Shown here in pieces: positions 48,798 through 61,100 of a stretch of 64,000 nt of DNA. A program made the translations under genes and the position numbers. Origin of the DNA: Macrostomum hystrix (lineage: Eukaryota; Animalia; Platyhelminthes). The notes beneath the pieces are model-generated. The model was not told where the DNA came from, made no database searches, and was given only the letters and a program-made list of their open reading frames with translations. Location: contig CATNEN010000002.1 of NCBI GenBank assembly GCA_950097015.1, positions 8,990,001-9,054,000 of the forward strand. Reading direction: 5' to 3'. Each line of letters begins with the position of its first letter. Within the stretch, counting starts at the first letter, position 1.

Positions 48798-51556
48798 ATG
48801 GCCAGCAACACCTACGAACTGATCCACATCTGCACGGAGATCTACCACAGGGACTGGCAGACTGGCCCGCTCAGTAGGCCCTGGATGGGCACAATGCTGA
48901 TCTTCTGCCTGCTGGCCTCACTGGTGGATGTTGTGTACATTTTCTGCGCCTACTCGGTCATTGACGTCCTGATTAAATTCGTGAGTCCTTGGTTCTGACT
49001 TGGGATTCGAATTATTGCGCTAAGATTACGATCAATAAATCAAGATTCGGATCGATAAATCAAGATTCGGATCGATAAATCAAGATTCCGATCGATAAAT
49101 CAAGATTCCGATCGATAAACCAAGATTCCGATCGATAAATCAAGATTCCGATCGATAAATCAAGATTCCGATCGATAAATCAAGATTCCGATCGATAAAT
49201 AAAGATTCCGATCGATAAATCAAGATTCCGATCGATAAATCAAGATTCCGATCGATAAATCAAGATTCCGATCGATAAATCAAGATTCCGATCGATAAAT
49301 CAAGATTCCGATCGATAAATAAAGATTCCGATCGATAAATCAAGATTCCGATCGATAAATCAAGATTCCGATCGATAAACTAAGATTCCAATCGATAAAT
49401 CAAGATTCCAATCGATAAATCAAGATTCCGATCGATAAACTAAGATTCCGATCGATAAATCAAGATTCCGATCGATAAATCAAGATTCCAATCGATAAAC
49501 CAAAAAAATCCGATCAATACAATAAGATTCCGATCGATAAAAACTATTCCGATAAATAAAAAAATTCAAATCGATAATAGCGATTCTAATCAATAAGGCA
49601 CGATAATACGAACGTATTTTACCAAAGGAAGGGTTTCAGATTAAAATAAGCTTTTTATCTGTCTCTTGGACATCTTATTCGGACAATTTTTCATGAATGA
49701 TAATTCAATAAACCAACGTCGTCGCAGGGCCGAAGTAACGTCTATATCGGGGCGGCCCGAATCGCGTGGGGCATCGTCATCACTGATTGGTTCATCGAAG
49801 TGGCCGTCGGGTTCGGCACGGCCATCGGACGGCGAGGCAAAGTGACCATCGTGGCCGCCATCGGCTTCACCAACTTTCTATTCACCGCCGTACAGTACGG
49901 CGCCCTGCCGATAACCACCTACATCACCTTACTAAGCATGCCCGCTTCGAATATCTCCGTTGCGATCTTCGAGTGAGGCTTGCGGGACAGGGTTGGGGGT
50001 AGGACAGGGTTGGGGGTAGGACAGGGTTGGGGGTAGGACAGGGTTGGGGGTAGGACAGGGTTGGGGGTAGGACAGGGTTGGGGGTAGGACAGGGTTGGGG
50101 GTAGGACAGGGTTGGGGGTAGGACAGGGTTGGGGGTAGGACAGGGTTGGGGGTAGGACAGGGTTGGGGGTAGGACAGGGTTGGGGGTAGGACAGGGTTGG
50201 GGGTAGGACAGGGTTGGGGGTAGGACAGTGTTGGGGGTAGGGCAGGGTTGGGGGTAGGACAGGGTTGGGGGTAGGACAGGGTTGGTGGTAGGACAGGGTT
50301 GGGGATAGGACAGGGTTGGGGTAGGACAGGGTTGGGGGTAGGACAGGGTTGGGGGTAGGACAGGGTTGGGGGTAGGACAGGGTTGGGGGTAGGACAGGGT
50401 TGGGGGTAGGACAGGGTTGGGGGTAGGACAGGGTTGGGGGTAGGACAGTGTTGGGGGTAGGGCAGGGTTGGGGGTAGGACAGGGTTGGGGGTAGGACAGG
50501 GTTGGTGGTAGGACAGGGTTGGGGATAGGACAGGGTTGGGGTAGGACAGGGTTGGGGGTAGGACAGGGTTGGGGGTAGGACAGGGTTGGGGATAGGACAG
50601 GGTTGGGGGTAGGACAGGGTTGGGGGTAGGACAGGGTTGGGGGTAGGACAGGGTTGGGGTAGGACAGGGTTGGGGTAGGACAGGGTTGGGGTAGGACAGG
50701 GTTGGGGATAGGACAGGGTTGGGGGTAGGACAGGGTTGGGGGTAGGACAGGGTTGGGGGTAGGACAGGGTTGGGGTAGGACAGGGTTGGGGATAGGACAG
50801 GGTTGGGGGTAGGACAGGGTTGGGGATAGGACAGGGTTGGGGGTAGGACAGGGTTGGGGGTAGGACAGGGTTGGGGGTAGGGCAGGGTTGGGGTAGGACA
50901 GTGTTGGGGGTTGGGCAGGGTTTAGGCCATGGGAGGTCGAAAGAAAATCGATACAAAACAAGACATGCAACCTGATATTGAAAACCCTCGCGTGTCGCAG
51001 GAACCCGCCCGTTCGCTGCTTCATCTACCTGTCCATGATCCAGGGCATCTCGTACGGCCTGTCCTCCTACGTGATGGTGATCTGGTGCCAGAACGAGTTC
51101 GTCCGCGGTGGCAACCTCTTCCTCTCTGTGCTGGGCATTCCCTACGCCTGCACCGTCGATGCCTACATGAAGCGGGACAAGATCAAGAAGAACTGGCGGG
51201 TCATTGTGGTGCGCACTCTGGTGTACGTCTTTATTGTCGGCTTGCTGTTCGCCACGGCAGTGCTGTTGATCGGCTACTTTGCACTGGTGCCGACCCTGGA
51301 GATTTACCTGTACTATGTCTTCTTCGGCTTCATCAGCCTGGCTGGCCTGCCGATGGTGGTGGCTGGCACAATGGTCTTCTGGCTTTGCTGCTGCCTCTAC
51401 TGCTGCGCAGCTACCACGGCAGCCACCAGCAGGCCAGTTCGTGGCGGCTTCAACCCGCTAAAGCTTGCTGGCCAGCTGGAGGATATTAGTGACGGCTTGG
51501 GTGACCTGCAGGACGGCCTTGGCGATTGGGGAGACATGGGCGACATCGGCTTTTGA
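48798..51556 (+). CDS. Orphan multi-pass membrane protein (~7 TM, 327 aa), 3 exons
   Basis: Exons 48798-48980 (|gtgagt), 49728-49972 (|gtgagg, phase 2) and 51001-51556; 984 nt in total. About seven hydrophobic stretches, then CCCLYCC and an acidic Gly-Asp tail. Confidence 0.75.
49035..49540. repeat. 20-bp minisatellite (AATCAAGATTCCGATCGATA), intron 1 of the 7-TM gene
   Basis: About 24 copies. Confidence 0.95.
49984..50925. repeat. 16/17-bp G-rich minisatellite (GGGTTGGGGGTAGGACA), intron 2 of the 7-TM gene
   Basis: About 55 copies filling almost the whole intron. Confidence 0.95.
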
Positions 51557-51604
51557 ACTTCTACCAAATATGTAGGTGAGGAGTGGGTGGGAAAAATATT
51601 GTCG

Positions 51605-51905
51605 CTGATTGGATGAGGAGTGAGATGGGGCAGGAAAGGCGCCGCTGTTTGGGTGAGGAGGGAGATGGGACAGGAAAGGCGCCGCTGATTGGGTGAGGAG
51701 TGAAATGGGGCAGGAAAGGCGCCGCTGATTGGGTGAGGAGTGGGATGGGGCAGGAAAGGCGCCGCTGATTGGGTGAGGAGTGAGATGGGACAGGAAAGGC
51801 GCCGCTGATTGGGTGAGGAGTGAGATGGGGCAGGAAAGGCGCCGCTGATTGGGTGAGGAGTGAGATGGGACAGGAAAGGCACCGCTGATTGGGTGAGGAT
51901 GGGGT
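51605..51905. repeat. 40-bp minisatellite (GGGTGAGGAGTGAGATGGGGCAGGAAAGGCGCCGCTGATT)
   Basis: CAGGAAAGGC recurs with period 40; about 7 copies. Confidence 0.9.
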
Positions 51906-52547
51906 AAGGAGAAGGGTCACTCATTAAATAAAAGTTAAAATGAGATCCCCATTTCGTTCGAACTTTTCAATGAAAAGTTAACTTTTTACAACGAACTATG
52001 AAAGTAGTTCTAATTTATTTATAGAAGAGTAGAAAATCCTTAATTTCAAGTATTATATTTTTTATTTGCTACAACTTTGAAACTTTTATTATAACCAAAG
52101 TTACTAGTTTTTGTATCATTTATATTAGCACTTTGGAATATTTTTAGTAGAATTTCCATCATCTTTAAATAAAGAAATGCAAAGCGTGATTGCACCTTGA
52201 TCCGACCTATTTTTTAATCTCTGTTGATTTTAAATTGTGTAATTGTAAATTCGATACACTCGACTGCCCCACAAGCTCACTCAGGAACAATGGCAGTGCT
52301 CTGCATTAGTCTAATTATGAGTAATGAAAAAATTTTCTAGCGTCAACAGGAATTGCGGTCGTTTTCAATGCGGGAATCCTTGATGATCTCAAATTAGTGC
52401 GAGCCCACTCAAAGTAAAAGTCTAAGTTGCTGAGTTATAAAAAATATAAATACAATCTGCCGAGCGGTCAGAAAAAAAATTTGGCAACAGAAGACCAAAA
52501 CTTTATTCAGGCAGAATTGAAAATCGACTTAAAATTTAGCAGCGTCT

Positions 52548-53325
52548 TAGCAACAGCCCAGCAACAGCCAAGCAACAACCCAGCAACAGCCCAGCAACAG
52601 CCCAGCAACAGTCTAGCAACATCTCAGCAACAGCCCAGCAACAACCCAGCAACAACCAAGCAACAACCCAGCAACAACCCAGCAACAACTCAGCAACAAC
52701 CCAGCAACAACCAAGCAACAACCCAGCAACAGTCTAGCAACATCTCAGCAACAGCCCAGCAACAACCCAGCAACAGCCCAGCAACAGTCTAGCAACATCT
52801 CAGCAACAGCCCAGCAACAACCCAGCAACAGCCCAGCAACAGTCTAGCAACATCTCAGCAACAGTCTAGCAACATCTCAGCAACAGCCCAGCAACAACCC
52901 AGCAACAACCAAGCAACAACCCAGCAACAACCCAGCAACAACTCAGCAACAACCCAGCAACAACCCAGCAACAACTCAGCAACAACCCAGCAACAACCCA
53001 GCAACAACCCAGCAACAACCCAGCAACAACCAAGCAACAACCCAGCAACAGTCTAGCAACATCTCAGCAACAGCCCAGCAACAGCCCAGCAACAACCCAG
53101 CAACAGCCCAGCAACAGCCCAGCAACAGTCTAGCAAAATCTCAGCAACAGCCCAGCAACAACCCAGCAACAGCCAAGCAACAGTCTAGCAACATCTCAGC
53201 AACAGCAGCAACAACCAAGCAACAACCCAGCAACAACCCAGCAACAACCCAGCAACAACCCAGCAACAACCCAGCAACAACCCAGCAACAACCCAGCAAC
53301 AGCCCAGCAACAACCCAGCAACAGC
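52548..53325. repeat. 11-bp minisatellite (CCAGCAACAAC and variants)
   Basis: About 70 copies. Confidence 0.95.
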
Positions 53326-54149
53326 AGAAAATTCTGGCCATAAATTGTCACGGATGCAGCTGTGCAGACTCGACTTCGCTGAAAAAAGGTGAAAACAAAG
53401 CCAAAGACAAAGCTCTGTGCGCTTCTGCAATACCTCTTGCTAAAATTTAGTCTCGTGCACGCAGTGTTCGAGCACAGTCAGTCAAACGGAGCTTTTTCTT
53501 AGTTTAGTAGACACAATGGGCTCCACTGAAATAAAAAACTTGCATTGTGTTATACTGTTTCAAATCAAACAATACGAAATTGAAAACGCCTTCGCGCTAG
53601 AAATGAACTAAATCGTGGAAAGGTCTGCTAATGAACTTGGCATTAAATAAAAAAAATGCCTATTACAGAAAAGCTAGCGCCAACTGGTAGCCGCAAATGT
53701 GCAAATATTTACGACTCACACTGACCGCACGTAATAAAGTGTGCATGCACTGATTTCGCATATTTAACTGTTAGACTGTTCACTCTGCGCGACTCTGGGC
53801 TTGGCGCGCTTCACTGTACGTTGCGTTATGATTTGCTGGCTATGTACGTGTTATCGCTCTCAGTCCTGCTGTGCGCGTGCTATCGTTATATTGCTTATCT
53901 TATCTTGCATGTACATGGCAGCTCCAGTGTGTTATTGAGCCACAATATATTGACTATCGCATCGCTATCGCCTGGCTTTTCTCAACTGGTTTTCGTCACA
54001 TCGCAAACTCTCGCCTTGGCTTGCCTCGACTAACATTAACAATACGATTGCCAACGCCCACCCAACCCACGTGGTTATCCAACTCATAAAACCCCATTGT
54101 TTGTCTAGAGCTGCCAGCGACTCAATTCGTCTACACCAATCATATGCCC

Positions 54150-55030
54150 ATGCAACCGACACCCACCCCATTCTGCTGCCACTAGCACCCACCCCATTCC
54201 GCTGCCACCGACACCCACCTCATTCCTCTGCCACCGACACCCACCCCATTCCTCTGCCACCCCACCCACTACATTCTTCTGCTACTGACACCCACCCCAT
54301 TCCGCTGCCACTGACACCCACCCCATTTCTCTGCCACAGACACCCACCCCATTCTTCTGACTGACACCCACCCTATTCCGCTGCCACTGACACCCACCCC
54401 ATTCCTCTGCCACTGACACCCACCCTATTCCGCTGCCACTGACACCCACCCCATTTCTCTGCCACAGACACCCACCCCATTCTTCTGACTGACACCCACC
54501 CCATTCCTCTGCCACTGACACCCACCCCATTCTTCTGACTGACACCCACCCCATTCCTCTGCCACTGACACCCACCCCATTCTTCTGACTGACACCCACC
54601 CCATTCCTCTGCCACAGACACCCACTCCATTCTTCTGACTGACACCCACCCCATTACTCTGCCTCTGACACCCACCCCATTCTTCTGACTGACATCCACC
54701 CCATTCCTCTGCCTCTGACACCCACCCCATTTCTCTGCCACAGACACCCACCCCATTCTTCTGACTGACACCCACCCCATTCCTCTGCCACTGACACCCA
54801 CCCCATTCTTCTGACTGACACCCACCCTATTCCGCTGCCACTGACACCCACCCCATTCTTCTGACTGACACCCACCCCATTCCTCTGCCACTGACACCCA
54901 CCCCATTCTTCTGACTGACACCCACCCCATTCCTCTGCCACTGACACCCACCCCATTCTTCTGACTGACACCCACCCCATTCTTCTGACTGACACCCACC
55001 ATATTCCGCTGCCACTGACACCCACCCCAT
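54150..55030. repeat. Mixed 23/26-bp minisatellite (CTGACACCCACCCCATTC...)
   Basis: Alternating TTCTGA and CTCTGCCA variants. Confidence 0.9.
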
Positions 55031-55540
55031 ACCTTAACTGTAGACATTTTTGTAACTTATAATAAACCAGGTTCGTTTATTTTTTTACAATCTAAACAAT
55101 ATAGTCTTTACTAACAATAAACTGAGTCAAATAATATTTTCAGAGCAGAATTGCAATCATTCGCAGGCCTCAAACCACAAGCTCTGGTCCGGAGAACAGA
55201 CAACCCGCATTCTTGAGGTTGAGCTCTAGTTGACTCAGAAAAAAAGGACCCTGCCGATTATAGTATTAGGCAGTTAATCTATTGTCGTCATCTACTTGCT
55301 ATCTAAGCTTGTCTGACTGAAGCAGGGAATCTGACCTATCAATGAATCGGAGAAATATCAATCAAGAAGAGAGGTAGGAGACAGCGCAAGCACAACTCAA
55401 TCCAGGTAAAAATAAAATTGCTAATCAAGCAGTAAGAAAAACTCGTCGAAATTTGGTGGGTGTAATGAATATCCCAGTCCATGGACAGACTAGCTGTACA
55501 CAGTCTTTAGAAGCGCTACACAAATATTCAATACAAACAG

Positions 55541-56605
55541 TTGCGGCTATGCCACACGCTGTACATCTGGCCAGACGGTTTAATGCGTAATTTCTATGTG
55601 CCAAACGTAGGTGAAAATGATGAAATTTCAGGTTTCTGTCTGCTCATTGTCCTCAGCTTCGCCCAGCTGGCCCGCTGTGGCAGTGAGGCCAAATGGCTCA
55701 GAGTGGAGACGTCGCGGTGTCTGCCCGACGCTCTGGCTCTGCAGACCAGGCGAGTGACGAGCAAGCTAGTGTGCGTCGGCATTGCGAGCACAATGAGCGG
55801 TCTGTTGGTGGCCCAGTTCGACTCTGACACTCGCCAGTGCTCGCTGTTCAAGTACATTGTCGTGTGCCACCTCATCGATGCACAAATCAGCAATGGGATC
55901 AACAGGATGCACAGCTGTGCTGCATTCGCCAATGCGAGAGCCGTCAACTTCATGACGCTGAGCAGGAAGCTGATGAGCAGTGTGGGCTCGAAGCTGCGTG
56001 GAGCCTGGGTGATGAGCGAAGCCAGCAAGAGCAACTTGGTGTGCGGCGAGACGCAGCAGTGGCAGTCGGAGTCAGTGGAGTTCAGCAGCGATGGAGCCGA
56101 GTTCAACGGAGTTTCATCCAAGATGTGGCTGGACAATGTCGATTTCGGGGAAATGCAGCAGGGCCTCACGTGGCTGACCAGGTTCAGGCAAACCAATGCT
56201 GGTGCTTCCATCGTTTGCAGGGAAGGTTTTTAAAAAAGCGGCCTAGTTAGTGACTTTAAGCCTTTCCGAATCCCAAGCTTCATTCAGAACTTTACAGTCA
56301 GCTTCGCCGTACTTTGGCCTTCAAGTACCAGCGATGCCGGTTTGTTCATCGATGTCGCTGCTATTTCTCCATCGCATAATTCAAGCCACTTCGAGTTCAT
56401 GTACAGTTCAAGAAAGGTTTCGCAATCTTTGCACAAAATGTATCCCATCGCAAACGGATCTGTGCACAATGGCAGGTCATGTCTGAATATCGGATTCACC
56501 AAATCGGCAGATATCGTGCTGAATGGCACGGTGCGCGCAGCAGACGTCGCAAACGACTCTCTGACTGAGGCTGAGGTCAGCGACTTCTTCAACTCGGTGC
56601 GCTGA
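55541..56605 (+). CDS. Putative secreted glycoprotein with degenerate PAN/apple-like segment; reading frame interrupted by one TAA at 56231-56233
   Basis: Hydrophobic FCLLIVLSFAQLARCG near the start; VTSKLVC...AQFDSDTRQCSL resembles PAN domains. The frame continues for 123 codons after the TAA, with five N-glycosylation sequons. Start and exon structure are uncertain. Confidence 0.5.
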
Positions 56606-57024
56606 CCGGACAGCTGCGGCGACAATGCACTTACCACGTGCTGCCAAGCTAATTTTGCCTGCTGGTAGACTAAATAGGAAAATAGAAAGCGAAAGACTGA
56701 CTACGTAGGTGGATAATTGTACGTATCCACCTGGAATAAATGGAACCAATGCAAATAGTTCATCTTGGCTTGTCAATCATTGTGCCCAAATGTTTTTTGG
56801 TCGTTTTTGCAATCTCGTCACAACTATTATTGATCTAATGATCGAAATGAGAGTAAAAATATTCATTACGCCTAAAATGTAAATTTCAATATGACTTTTT
56901 GCCCTGCGACAGCACACTGAAAGCGACATTCTGTGTACTGAGTAACTGACACGAGAGACAATGCGATTTGCTAAATTTCTTCAATCCCTTATTGGACCGA
57001 AAATTTATTGACATGTACTTGCGT

Positions 57025-57395
57025 CAGGACCGTAGCCAGGGGGGCAGGGGGGGCGATCCACATTAACTCACCGTTATCTTCGGTGGCGCTCCCAAATGCC
57101 CAGTGGTGACCCCCTCAAATCCACTGTGACGCTCCCAAATACCCAGTGGAGCTAACTCAAATCCAAGGTGGCGCTCCCATACCCAGTGGGGCTAACTCAA
57201 ATCCAAGGTGGCGCTCCCATACCCAGTGGGGCTAACTCAAATTCACGGAGGTGTTCCCAAATACCCAGTGGCAACCCCTCTCTAATCCACGTTGGCGATT
57301 CCTCCTGGCGCTCCCAGATCTCAAACGGTAACCCCCAACCCTTAAATGTCACCCCCTAAGACGGGTGGTGCCCTCCCCCGCTCGAAAATCCAGAC
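57025..57395. other. Possible MITE-like remnant with an internal ~40-bp repeat
   Basis: Begins CAGGACCGTAGCCAGGGGGGGCAGGGGGGGCGATC, a style typical of non-autonomous element ends. Internal CTAACTCAAATCC...TACCCAGTGG repeats 3-4 times. No matching right-hand inverted repeat was found. Confidence 0.3.
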
Positions 57396-58127
57396 CACCT
57401 CGATATTTAATTTCTTAGCTATTCAATCTGCAGGTAGAGCGATAATGTTCGCATGTATGCATAAACAGTAGGAGAATAAGAATAAATATAAATAAATGGT
57501 AAATATGAGTACTTCATCCATAAAAAGGTTACGAAACCTGACACCGAAATGGTCTCACAATGGGATTCCGACTGAGATTAAATAGGGGCTTCAACAAAAT
57601 AAAAGTAAAATAAGTGGCGAATTAATGGTGATGTTAAAACAAATCGCAGGTCTAATGTTCTTTGCGCGAAAATGATCAAGATTTGCTAAAATAGCTCGTA
57701 TTTTGGCAAGAAACAAAGTTACTAAAACTTCCTGTGTAAAGGTGTATAGATTAGATCGGAGTATTTAGACCGTTGAATAACAGTGCAGCAAAAGTATTAA
57801 TATTTTTTTTAATTTATCGTCTGCTCCCCCAATGGAGTATAGAGGCGTCAAGCAATGTCAATGCTAGTTGAATTTAGATCTTGTCAATCATAATGAAGAA
57901 AAATTACAGCAAGAGTTAACAAGAGGGGGCGCTGAAGTTTATCACAAAAATGTAAAAATAGAAAAAACGTTGATAAAACATTTATCTCGTCAACGAGTTA
58001 AGTCATGGCTTAAGAATAAAGACGTTCTAAAACAAAGACTCTCTGGGGATAGAAAGGAATAAGCGGAGCATTTTTGTTTGTCATCTGTAGCATTGTCAAA
58101 GGCACGCTGCGACACTGTCTTCAAATA

Positions 58128-61100
58128 TTAATACCTCGAAGACCTCAGCAGCTGGAGCAAACCAGCAGCGTCTTCTAGTTCGCCGCTCCACCTGACAGTC
58201 TTGACAAACCGGTGATTTCTGCAGTGCTCCTCCAAGCCTCGTCCGAACTCCTCCAGGATGTCGTCGACCTGCTGCGGGCTGATCAGTCCGGCGAAGCCCC
58301 AGTTCAGCTGCTCGCGCAGGTAAGAAAACTGGCCGGGAATTTCGAAGGCCAGTCTTGAATGCTGCCAGTGCCAGACTTGATAATTGTAGGGCCTGCCATT
58401 GGATCCCATGAAGCTTTCGTTATTTTTTTGGGCTTCGAGGTCGGCCAGGCCCTGCTCCAGAGCGCTCTGCTCAGGGAAGCGATTGCTTGCAGGCAGGACC
58501 ATGAAGTACGGCTTGTCGAACGGCAAAGCTGCCAGCTGACTTTCGTCAGCAGAGTCGTCCCGCATGTCTGCAAAAGTAAGAGTTCGTTTCGTTTCCTACA
58601 CAACGCACGTTTTTCCGTTGATTTGCATCTCAATCAGCCACATGACTCGTACAGTAGAACTTCTGCGACTAATCGAGGCCCAACCTTAGCGTGAAGTCGT
58701 TTGACTGTCGAATCCATCCTATAAAATTTAATTCATGGAACTCCGCATCATTGCAGTTACTTCGCTTTCAAATCGATCGCAAAAGAAAATTTTTTTTCCT
58801 TCACTTGGGATAATCTTCGATGTGCGATTCGATCAGGTTTCCATTAAACCAGAAAGAAACTTACATTCCTCCATCTTGTCGACAAAGCCGCAGCAAATGT
58901 TCGCGGTCAGGACACGGGCCATTGACATCAGCGGAAAAACATCCTTAACTTCGAGGCAGTGGACCTCTGCAAGACCTGAAATTTAGTCACAGCAAATTTG
59001 AATGGAGAGTGATAAATGACAAGATTCTAAACAATTTGTCTAGAGTAAGAGAGCGCAGGTGTTTATAAATGGTGAACAAAATAACAAATATTTACGACAA
59101 TCAGTTACTTCAACTTACGAAGGCCATCGATGACGTCAGCAAGAGTGCGCAGCTGCTGTCCGAAGGGCAGCCTGCCTTCAACGTTGTCGCCAGTCAGAGT
59201 TCGCACGCCTGCCACGCAGCAGTAGGGCAGGCATCTCAGCCGATCCGGCAGGACGTCGTGGACAGCTTCAATGCCAACTCCGAAGTCTCCCACAATGATG
59301 ACGGAAACGCAGCACTCGCCAGTCATGCTCATCTGAAATGAAAGCACAAGATATTGATGCATTTTTATCTGGCATTGAGAAGTTGACAGGTGCATACAGA
59401 ACCCAGAAGATACTCAACCAGTGGCACAGCCGCATCTTTTGTGGTGCATTCAAATGCAGCGTACGGCTCTATGGACAGGAGGCGCTGGCACATCCCCTAA
59501 GCTCTATCTACACCAGCTAGTTCTCGTTCCCATTTCACAGCTGCAGGGCGAAATATCTTGTTTCGAACTCCTGAATTTTCGGTTAGAAGTTCGGCGATCT
59601 AGACTGAAGTCTCTCAACGTGAATTTGCGTAGCCGAGCCAGAATGGGGTGTGGGCGCTGGTCATCTGATTGGCTGGTGCGGGTGTCCACCCAGTGCTTGC
59701 ACCGCTTTGCCAAACCCTTACAGTTAGCATTGAACAGACTCACCTTTTCAGCAGCAGCGGTGACTTTATTATTCTCGGTGCCTCTCAAGTCCTCCGGACT
59801 CAGCACAAGAAGAATTCTCCGGAAGTGTTGCAAATGCTCAAATTGCAAATCGTTAACTGCCGAAAGTTCGTACCTGCCAGGTAGTCTGGAATCCAGTGCC
59901 ATCTTAAGTGCGTCCGTCTGATTGCTAAGGGAGCTGCTCATTGCTACGAGCACATGCGGATCTGCGCATTCCATAGAAAACTTTGACCCAAACGCCATTC
60001 CACCTAAACTCGCATTCTTCGCCTGGGGTTGGGCAACAAAGCTCCTGCTTTCATTGTTCATGCACATTTTCAGACTCTCTTTGCTGGCCACCTCAACCAG
60101 CGCCACCTTTGAGCTCTGCTCAGTGCTGATGTGGCTCTCTGGATTGCTGAAAAGCAGCCTTGGAAAGTAAGGATGGTAGATGATGATTTTCAGCGCCTCC
60201 TTGAACTGACTGAACATTTCCTCTCGAACTTCAGCAATGTCCAGTGCTTGCGATGCCTCAACGCTCATGTCTCGCATGGCGAAGATCGGGGAGGCCCAGT
60301 CGGCGAAGATGACAGCGTGCGTCTCTCCTGAAGGTGTTCTTTGATCCAGCTCCATCAAGTAGATGAACACTTTTCTTTGATAGCCAAGGCCATCGAAATA
60401 CAAAATCCCAGTTTTCACGCAACCAGGGAACAGGACGTCCGGACTGACGTCTTGACCCAGTTTGTCCGGAACAAGAACGAAATACTTTTTGAGCACCAGA
60501 ATCTTTTCAGGTAGCAGTTGAATTCCCACGCTACTCAGCTTGCTCTCACTGAGATGATCGCCAACATAGAGAGCTTCTGTGATCCGAGTCTCCAGGTTGG
60601 GCACAATGAGACGCAGGAAGGTTGTGGCGAAGTTCCAGGCGAAAGCTTCTCCGGTGCTCGCATTGCTCTTTTGCACTGCAATGATTTTTTACTTGATTTG
60701 AAGTTTCTTGGTCGATAACCACCCATTTTTCAGCTAGGTTGAGGTTGTGTAAATACTAGCTGCTAGTATTTATGTACGTAATTACGCTCGTAACAGTGAC
60801 TCTCACCTTGAGGTTGCATGAGACCAAGGATCACTGTTCTTGCCAAGTGTCCGAGCTGGCTGAGATCATCCTCTCCCGTCAGCTTGACCACAGACTGAAA
60901 CTGGTCTCGAATTCTCGGGTGCTGCAGAAGGTCTTGCGTGGTCAATTCCCCTGAATCAGCTCGGGAAGTCCAGTTGTCCACAAGATGCAGCGGTACGTGT
61001 TTATTGGCCATGCGCTGAAATATATGGCAACGATTTTCATGTGGAGAAAGCACAGCGTATTAAGAATGTGCCAGAAAAGCTGTCGAATTTAGCTTTGAAA

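Noticed and set aside
56231-56233. TAA read as Tyr (alternative flatworm mitochondrial code)
   Set aside because: The DNA is nuclear with spliceosomal introns, and TAA terminates other genes here (58128, 63502).
55611-59743. 21-27-nt in-frame GT..AG micro-introns (55611-55631, 56226-56246, 59743-59717)
   Set aside because: They are shorter than any intron in my supported models (minimum ~84 nt) and are explained by chance or by longer introns using the same donors.
59069-59921. Plus-strand ORFs 59069-59341 and 59421-59921
   Set aside because: They are antisense shadows of TIR-STING exons.
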